This document shows, piece after piece, positions 15,460 through 22,503 of a stretch of DNA of 32,000 bases. Position numbers and translations under genes: made by a program. This DNA is from Kineococcus radiotolerans SRS30216 = ATCC BAA-149 (lineage in GTDB: Bacteria; Actinomycetota; Actinomycetes; Actinomycetales; Kineococcaceae): the NCBI RefSeq assembly GCF_000017305.1, contig NC_009664.2, positions 4,500,001 to 4,532,000 of the forward strand, in the 5' to 3' direction. Positions within the stretch are counted from its first letter, which is position 1. The number at the start of each line of letters is the position of its first letter. The notes beneath the pieces were generated by a model that was not told where the DNA came from, did not search any database, and saw only the letters and a program-made list of their open reading frames with translations.

Positions 15460-16224
15460 TCAGGGCCGGTAGAGCGCGATGGCATTGTCACTGAAGGCGG
15501 CAGCGGTGAGGTCGAGCTCGTCAAGGGTGTCGACGATCAGATCGAGATCGGAGTCGGTGAAGCGCCGGGGTGCTCGTGTGCTGGGCAGGTCGGTCCCGGC
15601 TAGGAGCGCAGCAGGGTTGGCTCGGGCGATGTCGCGCAGGGCGGCGGGTACATCGAGGTCACCACGGCTGAAGCCGGTGGCCTTGACGAAGGCGCCCTGC
15701 TCGACCAGGCGGAGCAGATGCGGCAGGCCCTCGCGAGACAGGCCGAGGTGGTCGATGCAGATCCGCGGGAGCGCGCTGAGCGTGCCAGTCAGGTCAGGTA
15801 GGTCGGCTGCGTCGATGTAGAGCTCGGTGTGCCACCCTGCGAGGTCGTGAACCCGCCGCGCCAGCCGGTCGAGCTGGTCGAGGCTCTCCGAGCCGCCTCG
15901 GCGGACGTTGAACCGAATGGCACGAACGCCGGCGGCGGCCAAGGCGCGAATCTGCTCGTCCGGGGTAGTGATTGGTAGCTGGGTCACGCCCACGAAGCCG
16001 GCGCCGAGGTCGGCGAGGGCGGCCAGCAGATAGCTCTGATCAAAGCGCTGAAAGGAGCCAGACACCACAGCCCCGCCGATGACGCCGAGGGTAGCGGCGC
16101 TCGCGCGGTAGTCCTCGGTCGTGAACGCCGGGGGGAGGTACCCGTCATTGGGAACCAGTGGGTACCGGGGATCGATGATGTGCAGGTGCGCGTCGAAAAG
16201 CGGGGGGCGAGCAGCGACGGCCAT
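15460..16224 (-). CDS. amidohydrolase-2 family metal-dependent hydrolase (LigI / sugar-lactonase-like TIM barrel)
   Basis: The N-terminal 'LFDAHLHI' metal-binding HxH motif, 'ICIDHLG' and C-terminal 'GTDLP' are typical of PF04909-type hydrolases. Confidence 0.7.
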   Translation of the reverse strand: MAVAARPPLFDAHLHIIDPRYPLVPNDGYLPPAFTTEDYRASAATLGVIGGAVVSGSFQRFDQSYLLAALADLGAGFVGVTQLPITTPDEQIRALAAAGVRAIRFNVRRGGSESLDQLDRLARRVHDLAGWHTELYIDAADLPDLTGTLSALPRICIDHLGLSREGLPHLLRLVEQGAFVKATGFSRGDLDVPAALRDIARANPAALLAGTDLPSTRAPRRFTDSDLDLIVDTLDELDLTAAAFSDNAIALYRP

Positions 16225-16749
16225 GGACTCATTGTGTCGGCGAGCTGAGGGCTGGCGAGCTGGGACCGGTCAAGAGGGAACCCGGGCTCAGGGTCGGCGA
16301 TCATCCCGCGCTTCAAGCTGCATCGTCCCCTGACCGCGCACCGCTTCTTGATCAAGACGGCAGCGAGATCGAACGCTTCTACGAGGCAGTGAGATCCAAG
16401 CGACGCGATCTCCACCTAGGGCGCCGCCCTAGCCAAGGGCATTGCTGCGCACGTCGCCCACCCAACCAGCCAACCAGCCTGGCCGGCTAGGCGTAAACCT
16501 GGACCTGGACCGAGTCCTGAACACCGCTACCACGATCAGCATTCGCACCAATAACCGGGTGTTGCGCTAGAGCCCGACGGCTACTTCGCCAGTGTCGCGG
16601 CCGGAAGTGACGACACCGAGAGCCCTCCGGCAAGGCGGTAGCGGTGACGGTCGTGTTCACGGCGGTGGGCGGCCGCGGTCAAACCCACCTCACCGCGCAT
16701 GTGAGTGAGGAGACTCAACCCCACGTCCAGGCCGGTGGATGGACCTGCT

Positions 16750-17262
16750 CTAAGCGGGCAAGACGACGACCCCGTCGTCGTCGGACCACAGGTGATGTCC
16801 GGGGGTGAAGGTGCAGCCGCCGAACTCGACGGGCACGTCCTTCTCGCCTGCCCCCGTCTTGGCGCTCTTGCGTGGGTTGGAGCCCAGGGCCTTGATCCCC
16901 AGTTCAATGCCGGCGAGGACGGCGACGTCGCGCACCGCGCCGTGGATGACGACCCCGGCCCAGCCGTTGCGGGTGGCGATGTCGGCGATCATGTCGCCCA
17001 TCAGGGCGGTGTGCAGGGAGCCGGCGCCGTCGACCACGAGGACCTGCCCGTGTCCGGCTTCGCTGAGGACGGACTTGAGCAGGGCGTTGTCCTCGAAGCA
17101 GCGCACCGTGCGGATGGCGCCGCTGAAGGCGCGGTGGGCACCGAACTGCCGCAGCGGCGTGTCGCAGGAGCCGAGGCGCTTGCCGTGCTCGTCGTAGAGG
17201 TCGGCGGTGGTGAATGGGGCTGGGGCGGGAGTCGGGGTGGAAGCCGGGGTGGGGGAGGTCAT
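16750..17262 (-). CDS. rraA: RraA-family protein (RNase E regulator / HMG-aldolase / oxaloacetate-decarboxylase fold)
   Basis: '[13 protein letters not shown]', 'VLVVDGAGS', 'GAVRDV' and 'FGGCTFTPG' closely parallel E. coli RraA blocks ('TVKCFEDN', 'VLVVDGGGS', 'FGGVTF'). Confidence 0.85.
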   Translation of the reverse strand: MTSPTPASTPTPAPAPFTTADLYDEHGKRLGSCDTPLRQFGAHRAFSGAIRTVRCFEDNALLKSVLSEAGHGQVLVVDGAGSLHTALMGDMIADIATRNGWAGVVIHGAVRDVAVLAGIELGIKALGSNPRKSAKTGAGEKDVPVEFGGCTFTPGHHLWSDDDGVVVLPA

Positions 17263-17314
17263 TGCAGGCTCCTGGCGTGTCAGGGGTGTGGGTGGGGACG
17301 GGCCAAATGAAGGC

Positions 17315-17509
17315 TCAGGTGCAGCGACGGTGCCTACCCGCTTCCTCCGGGTGATCGTCCTCCGGATCGTCGTCCTCCGGTGGGCGGTTGCGGCCCGTCA
17401 GTACGTGGTCGCCGGCGTGGAGCACGCCCAGCTTCAGGGTCCGGTGGGCCGTTGCGGGAGGCAGCGCGAAAGTGACCACCTGGGCAGCACGGCTTGGGTC
17501 GGTAGCCAT
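17315..17509 (-). CDS. hypothetical small protein (acidic C-terminus)
   Basis: The ORF '[39 protein letters not shown]...' has G/C third-position bias and is co-directional between the GntR and RraA genes. No motif is recognised and the start is uncertain (17563 is also possible). Confidence 0.25.
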   Translation of the reverse strand: MATDPSRAAQVVTFALPPATAHRTLKLGVLHAGDHVLTGRNRPPEDDDPEDDHPEEAGRHRRCT

Positions 17510-17634
17510 GTCCCCGGCCACGGAGCTCCTCGCGGTAGGTACGACGCTCACCACCTGGTGCACCCCGCTTTCGCTACCAACTGGTGCACCCTGCCTCGCT
17601 CACCGTCGCGCCTACCGTCGCGCCCACCGCGTGC

Positions 17635-18357
17635 TCAGCCTTGGGCGACGGCGGTACTGGTGGGCAGTTCGGGGGAGTGCGGCTTGGCCAGGCGCCAGGC
17701 CGACTTCGCGCCCAGGCTGGTCTCGATGTGGGCGAACATCACCTGCGAGGCGCCTTCGGCGTCGCCGGCGGTGATCGCTTCGAGGAGCTGATGGTGCTCA
17801 CCGGCTTTCATCGCCCGCTCCTGCTCGCTGCGCTCGACCTGCAGTCCGTGCAGGCGGTAGCGGTCGGCGGTGTCCCACAGCCCGTCGAGGGATTCGATGA
17901 GGATGGCGTTGTGGGAGGCGCGGTAGATCGCGGTGTGGAAGCGGCGGTGATGAGCCAGCTGGTCCCACGTCGGCTTGCCTGGCAGGGCGTCCAGGCCTTC
18001 GAGAGCAGCACGCATCTCGGCGAGTTCAGCCTTGGTGCGCCGTTCCGCGGCCAGCGCAGCGGCCAGCGGGTCCAGGGAGCGACGCATCTCCAGCAGGTCA
18101 CGGGCTTCGGTGGCGTCCAGCGCGCTGACCCGGGCGTCGCGGTGGGCGTCGAGCTCTACCAGGCCCTGCTGCTTGAGTCGGCGCAGCGCCTCACGCAGGG
18201 GAGTGGTGCTGATTCCGATCCGGCGTGCCAGGGCGGCCTGGTGGATCACCGCGCCGGGCTCCAGCTGCCCTGACAGGATCAGCTCCCGCACCCGGGTGTA
18301 GGCGAAGTCGCTCTTCGTGGCGAAGGCGTCCACGTTGAGGTCGGCGTTGACGGTCAT
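17635..18357 (-). CDS. GntR-family transcriptional regulator, FadR/FCD subfamily
   Basis: The winged-HTH reads 'YTRVRELILSGQLEPGAVIHQAALARRIGISTTPLREALRRLKQQGLVE'. It is followed by an all-helical FCD-type C-domain. AGGAG lies 4 nt upstream of the ATG. Confidence 0.9.
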   Translation of the reverse strand: MTVNADLNVDAFATKSDFAYTRVRELILSGQLEPGAVIHQAALARRIGISTTPLREALRRLKQQGLVELDAHRDARVSALDATEARDLLEMRRSLDPLAAALAAERRTKAELAEMRAALEGLDALPGKPTWDQLAHHRRFHTAIYRASHNAILIESLDGLWDTADRYRLHGLQVERSEQERAMKAGEHHQLLEAITAGDAEGASQVMFAHIETSLGAKSAWRLAKPHSPELPTSTAVAQG

Positions 18358-18378
18358 GGTGCTCCTGGTCTCGACGGC

Positions 18379-18388
18379 GGTTATAACG
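18379..18388. promoter_or_regulatory. candidate GntR-type operator half of a pair (GGTTATAACG, core palindrome GTTATAAC)
   Basis: An AT-rich palindromic core with a GT...AC outline sits in otherwise GC-rich DNA, about 22 bp upstream of the GntR start codon. The identical 10-mer recurs inverted at 18611-18620. Confidence 0.3.
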
Positions 18389-18610
18389 CTACCGCCCGCT
18401 TGGCTCCATGACTACTGCCCAGGGTCTACTCCATGCATTCAAGGACGGCCGGTGAGAGCACCGAATGCACCCGCTCGCGGGGGCCCTCTGCGTAGGCAGA
18501 GGCTCTTGATTGGGCAGTAGGACGTCTCGTCGTTCGTGCCTCACGTTCTGTGGGGCGGGTCACTAGAGGAGAAGGGGGCGTGGTGTCCGGCGTTGACGAG
18601 GACCAGCGCT

Positions 18611-18620
18611 CGTTATAACC
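18611..18620. promoter_or_regulatory. second copy of the candidate operator (CGTTATAACC)
   Basis: This is the exact reverse complement of 18379-18388. It lies in the same divergent intergenic region, about 290 bp upstream of the CitMHS start. Confidence 0.3.
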
Positions 18621-18905
18621 TCGCTCCAGCGCCGCAGCCATGGACCCTTCGCGAGCTACGGCGGAACCACAGCTCCAGGGGGCTGCACCTCGTGTGCGCC
18701 TCCGCCTCGATCGCCCCGTCTCCTCGTCGCAGCCCGGCGAGGTGACGCTCTGCTCGCCGTCGGTGCGGTGCCGTCGTCGCCGCCGTCACCGACGGTCCTC
18801 CACGTGACCCGACGTGACCCGACGTGCCACCCGTTGACTTTCCCCTTCACCCGGCTCACCTGCCCCTGGTGCAGGTGGATCGCCTCGAACCCCCAAGGAG
18901 CGACG

Positions 18906-20342
18906 TTGCTCGCAGTTCTAGGCTTCGCCACACTGATCTCATTCATGATCGTGGTCATGAGACGCTGGGCCACGGCCTTCGTCGCCATCATCGCCGCCCC
19001 CATCGTCTTCGCCCTGATCGCCGGGCGGGGCCTGGACCTGCCCGACATGATGGAAGCCGGCCTGGAGACCACGGCCCCCACCGCAGCCCTGCTGCTGTTC
19101 GCCGTCCTCTACTTCGGCCTGATGATGGACCTGAAGCTGTTCGACCCCCTGACCAACTTCATCCTGCGCATCTCCAAGGGTGACCCGCTGCGCATCAGCG
19201 TCGGCACCGCCGTCGTCGCCCTCGCGGTGGCGCTGGACGGGGACGGCACTACCACCTACATGATCGTCTGCTCGGCGTTCATCCCGCTGTACCGCCGCCT
19301 GGGCATGAACCCGCTGATCATCGCCGTCCTGGCCACCATGTCCCTGGGCCTGATCTCCGGCTCCACCCCCTGGGGCGGGGCCGCCACCCGCGCCATCAGC
19401 GTCATGCACCTGGACGCCGGGGACTACTTCGTCCCCCTCATCCCTTCCCTCGCGTTGACCTCGGTGTTCATCCTCCTTGTCGCCGTCGTCCTGGGCCTGC
19501 GCGAACGACGTCGGGTCGACGCCGACCTGATCGTCGAACTCGCCGCGGAGATCCGCGCCGGCTCCCGATCTGGCGGCTCCAGTGGTTCCGGCGGCGTGGC
19601 CACCATGCTCGGCGGCGGCGCGCACTCCGCTGCGGCTGCCGCTGCTGCCGGTATCGGCGCCGGTGATGGTTCCACCATGGCCGCCGGTGCTGCCGCTGGC
19701 GCGGGCACCGCGACGGGCGGTATCGGGTGGCGCTACTGGTTCAACCTCGTCCTCACCGTCACCCTGCTGGTGCTGCTGGTGCTGGACCTGGCGCCGCTGG
19801 TCATCCTCTTCATGGTCGCCTTCGTCATCGCCCTGCTGGTCAACGTCCCCACCCGCCACGAACAGGGCGAGCTCATCAAGACCCACGGCGCCAACGCCGT
19901 TCCCGTCGTCATCCTCGTCCTGGCCGCCGGCATCTTCACCGGCATCCTGTCCGAAACCGGGATGATCAGTGCGATGGCGAACTCGCTGCTGTCGGTCGTG
20001 CCCGACTCCCTGGGCGGTCTGGTCCCGCTGTTCACCGCCCTCATCAGCATCCCGCTGGGCTTCTTCATGTCCAACGACGCCTTCTTCTTCGGGATCCTGC
20101 CCGTGCTGGCGGAGTCGGCCTCCACCTACGGCATCCACCCGATGGAGATCGCCCGCGCCGGGGTCGTGGGGCAGATGGCCCACATGATCGGCCCGGCCTC
20201 CGCGCCGCTGTGGGTGCTCCTGGGCCTGCTGAAGAAGGAGCTCGGCGACTTCCAGCGCTTCGCCATCGGCTGGGTCGTCGTGGTCTCCCTGATCTTCGCC
20301 GGGTTCTGCGTCCTCACTGGCGCGATCTCCGTCTCCCTCTGA
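18906..20342 (+). CDS. CitMHS-family citrate/carboxylate-divalent-metal:H+ symporter
   Basis: 'LLAVLGFATLISFMIVVM...', 'FAVLYFGLMMD..LFDPL' and 'DGDGTTTYMI' match CitM/CitH-type transporters. The start is placed at the TTG at 18906, 5 nt after AAGGAG, giving the canonical 'MLAVLGF' N-terminus rather than the ORF-track start at 18768. The protein contains a Gly/Ser/Ala-rich central loop insert. Confidence 0.8.
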   Translation: MLAVLGFATLISFMIVVMRRWATAFVAIIAAPIVFALIAGRGLDLPDMMEAGLETTAPTAALLLFAVLYFGLMMDLKLFDPLTNFILRISKGDPLRISVGTAVVALAVALDGDGTTTYMIVCSAFIPLYRRLGMNPLIIAVLATMSLGLISGSTPWGGAATRAISVMHLDAGDYFVPLIPSLALTSVFILLVAVVLGLRERRRVDADLIVELAAEIRAGSRSGGSSGSGGVATMLGGGAHSAAAAAAAGIGAGDGSTMAAGAAAGAGTATGGIGWRYWFNLVLTVTLLVLLVLDLAPLVILFMVAFVIALLVNVPTRHEQGELIKTHGANAVPVVILVLAAGIFTGILSETGMISAMANSLLSVVPDSLGGLVPLFTALISIPLGFFMSNDAFFFGILPVLAESASTYGIHPMEIARAGVVGQMAHMIGPASAPLWVLLGLLKKELGDFQRFAIGWVVVVSLIFAGFCVLTGAISVSL

Positions 20343-20347
20343 GCGCG

Positions 20348-20378
20348 CCCGGGTCCCCCGCGAGACGGGGGACCCGGG
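20348..20378 (+). terminator. strong GC hairpin (13-bp perfect stem, 5-nt loop) directly after the transporter stop
   Basis: CCCGGGTCCCCCG (20348-20360), loop CGAGA, then CGGGGGACCCGGG (20366-20378). There is no U-tract, so it could equally be a terminator, attenuator or mRNA-stabilising element. Confidence 0.45.
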
Positions 20379-20469
20379 ACCCGCCACACCGCTCCACCCG
20401 ATGTCTCTACTCGAACCGATCCACGCACGCAGCGTCAACGACTGCGCGTCGACAGATGGGAACACCACG

Positions 20470-21603
20470 ATGAGCACCGCCTCCACCGCGACGACCACCG
20501 CGACGACCCCGGCCGCGCCTGCCGTGGGGTCGAAGCAGTACAGCCTCGCCGTCCTGCACGGCGACGGCATCGGCCCGGAGATCGTCCCGGCCTCGGTGAA
20601 GATCCTCGACGCGGCCGTGGCCGCCGCCGGCGCCACGCCCATCGCCTGGACCGAGCTGCCGTTGGGGCGCTCCGCCATCGACGAGTACGGCGAGCACACC
20701 CCCACCAAGACCCTCGACGCCCTCGACGAGGTCGACGGCTGGCTGCTGGGCCCCCACGACAGCGCCGCCTACCCCGAGCCCTACCGCTCCCAGCTGAACC
20801 CTTCGGGCACCATCCGCAAGCACTTCGGCCTCTTCGCCAACATCCGTCCCGCCAAGGCCTTCCGCGGCGGCAACGCCATCGTCGAGGGCACCGACCTGGT
20901 CATCGTGCGGGAGAACACCGAAGGCTTCTACGCCGACCGCAACACCTTCGCCGGCACCGGCGAGATGATGCCCACCCCCGACGTGGCGATCATGCACGGC
21001 ATCATCACCCGCGCCGCGACCGAACGCATCGCCCACGAGGCCTTCCAGTTGGCCCGCACCCGCGACAAGCGCGTGACCATCGTCCACAAGGCCAACGTGC
21101 TGAAGATGACTACCGGTCTCTTCCGCGACGTCTGCCGCGAGGTGGGGAAGCAGTACCCCGACGTCGCCATCAACGACTTCCACATCGACGCCGCCACCGT
21201 GCACCTGGTGCGCCGGGCGGACAAGTTCGACGTCATCGTCACCGAGAACATGTTCGGCGACATCCTCTCCGACCTCGCCGGGGAGGTCGCCGGCTCCCTC
21301 GGCATCGCGCCCTCGATCAACTCTTCCGCCACCCACGCCATGGCTCAGGCCTCGCACGGTTCGGCTCCCGACATCGCCGGGCGCGACATCGCCAACCCGA
21401 TCGCGATGATCCTCTCCAGCGCGATGCTGCTGCGCTGGTTGGCGGCGAAGTTCGACGACGAGAAGATCGCCCGCGCCGCTGACATCGTCGAAGCCGCCGT
21501 CGACCTCACCGTCGCCGAGGGCGCCACCACCCCTGACATGGGCGGCACCTCCTCCTGCAGCGGCTTCGCCGACGCCGTCGTGGCCGCGACCGCGCGCGTC
21601 TGA
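20470..21603 (+). CDS. isocitrate/isopropylmalate/tartrate dehydrogenase-family (PF00180-type) NAD(P)-dependent beta-hydroxyacid dehydrogenase
   Basis: Family blocks present: 'LAVLHGDGIGPEIV', 'RKHFGLFANIRP', 'IVRENTEGFY', 'NMFGDILSDLAG..GSLG' and 'HGSAPDIAG..IANP'. The start is ambiguous between the ATG at 20470 and the ATG at 20401. Confidence 0.85.
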   Translation: MSTASTATTTATTPAAPAVGSKQYSLAVLHGDGIGPEIVPASVKILDAAVAAAGATPIAWTELPLGRSAIDEYGEHTPTKTLDALDEVDGWLLGPHDSAAYPEPYRSQLNPSGTIRKHFGLFANIRPAKAFRGGNAIVEGTDLVIVRENTEGFYADRNTFAGTGEMMPTPDVAIMHGIITRAATERIAHEAFQLARTRDKRVTIVHKANVLKMTTGLFRDVCREVGKQYPDVAINDFHIDAATVHLVRRADKFDVIVTENMFGDILSDLAGEVAGSLGIAPSINSSATHAMAQASHGSAPDIAGRDIANPIAMILSSAMLLRWLAAKFDDEKIARAADIVEAAVDLTVAEGATTPDMGGTSSCSGFADAVVAATARV

Positions 21604-21622
21604 CGGTTCGCAGTACCGGGTA

Positions 21623-21648
21623 GCGACCCGCCCAACCGGGCGGGTCGC
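21623..21648 (+). terminator. GC hairpin (11-bp perfect stem, 4-nt loop) 20 nt after the dehydrogenase stop
   Basis: GCGACCCGCCC (21623-21633), loop AACC, then GGGCGGGTCGC (21638-21648). There is no U-tract. Confidence 0.45.
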
Positions 21649-21682
21649 GGCCCGGATCGCACCGGACCGCGTAGGACCGGAG

Positions 21683-21742
21683 CGCACCGGATCGCGCCGC
21701 ACCGGATCGCGCCGCACCGGACCGCGCCGCACCGGACCGCGC
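21683..21742. repeat. 15-bp tandem repeat CGCACCGGA(T/C)CGCGC x4, plus a degenerate copy at 21658-21672
   Basis: Copies lie at 21683, 21698, 21713 and 21728. The array ends 35 bp before the ATG of the racemase-fold gene (SD AGGAGA at 21769-21774). Confidence 0.9.
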
Positions 21743-21777
21743 AGGACGATCACCGACCGCACGCCGCAGGAGAACCC

Positions 21778-22503
21778 ATGTCCCCCGCTCAGCTCCCCGC
21801 CCAGCTCCCCGCTGGGAGCGCCCCGCGTCCGCTGGTCGCGCTCATCAGTGCCACCCCGGCCTCCATTCCGCCGGTCACCGCCGCCTTCGCCGACGCCTTC
21901 CCCGACGCGGTGCTGTGGAACATCCTCGACGACCGCCTCCTGCCTGAAGCCGAACAGCGCGGTGGGGTCACCGACGAACTGGCTCAGCGGATGGGCCGCC
22001 TCATCGAGCACGCCGTGCGCGAGGGTGCTGACGCTGTGCTGCTGACCTGCTCGCTGTACGGGCCGGTCACCGCCGCCCTGCGTGAGGCAGCCCCCGTGCC
22101 GCTGCTGCCCCCCGACGGCGCGGCCTTCGACGCCGTCCTGCGCTCCGGTCACCGTCGGATCCTGCTGGTGGCCTCCAACCCGGCCTCGATGAACGACAGC
22201 CGGCGACGGCTGCTGCAGCAGGCCGCGAGCGAAGGCCTCCAGGTGGAGGTCGACGCGGTGGTCGTGCCCGGCGCGGTGCGACCCGCGTTGGAGGGGGACC
22301 AGGAGGCTTTGACCGAGGCCCTGTACTCCGCCCTGCTGCCGGCCCTGGCCGAGCACCCCGACACCGGGGCGGTGCTGCTGGCGCAGTACTCCCTGGCCCC
22401 AGCCGCACCGGCGCTGGCCTCCGAGCTGGGCCGGCGCGTCTACAGCAGCCCGCAAGCGGCAGCGGAGCTGCTGCACCAGCAGCTGACGGCGGGCGTGCGG
22501 TGA
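21778..22503 (+). CDS. Asp/Glu/hydantoin-racemase-superfamily protein (function unknown)
   Basis: The two-lobe pattern is typical of PF01177-type proteins: 'LVALISATP...', 'GADAVLLTCSLYGP...AALRE...VPLL', 'RILLVASNP', 'GAVLLAQYSLAP...LG.RVYSS'. Only the first of the two usual catalytic Cys positions is a Cys (TCS). The second motif reads 'AQYS'. Confidence 0.55.
   Translation: MSPAQLPAQLPAGSAPRPLVALISATPASIPPVTAAFADAFPDAVLWNILDDRLLPEAEQRGGVTDELAQRMGRLIEHAVREGADAVLLTCSLYGPVTAALREAAPVPLLPPDGAAFDAVLRSGHRRILLVASNPASMNDSRRRLLQQAASEGLQVEVDAVVVPGAVRPALEGDQEALTEALYSALLPALAEHPDTGAVLLAQYSLAPAAPALASELGRRVYSSPQAAAELLHQQLTAGVR

Noticed and set aside
18451-18470. 'GGTGAGAGCACCGAA' as a hint of a glycine-type riboswitch.
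   Set aside because: This is only a superficial resemblance to the GGAGAG...CACCGAA motif. The remaining conserved aptamer features, such as the tandem architecture and the downstream conserved loops, are not visible.
18768-18905. The N-terminal 46-aa extension of the CitMHS ORF.
   Set aside because: The extension has no transporter similarity. An AAGGAG-TTG start at 18906 reproduces the canonical 'MLAVLGF' N-terminus of the family.
20407-22476. A 689-aa minus-strand ORF, together with the 589-aa minus-strand ORF at 18939-20708.
   Set aside because: Both are antisense shadows of the CitMHS, dehydrogenase and racemase-fold genes. Their composition is Gly/Arg/Asp/Val-rich and repetitive, with no recognisable domain. 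The plus-strand genes have unambiguous family motifs.
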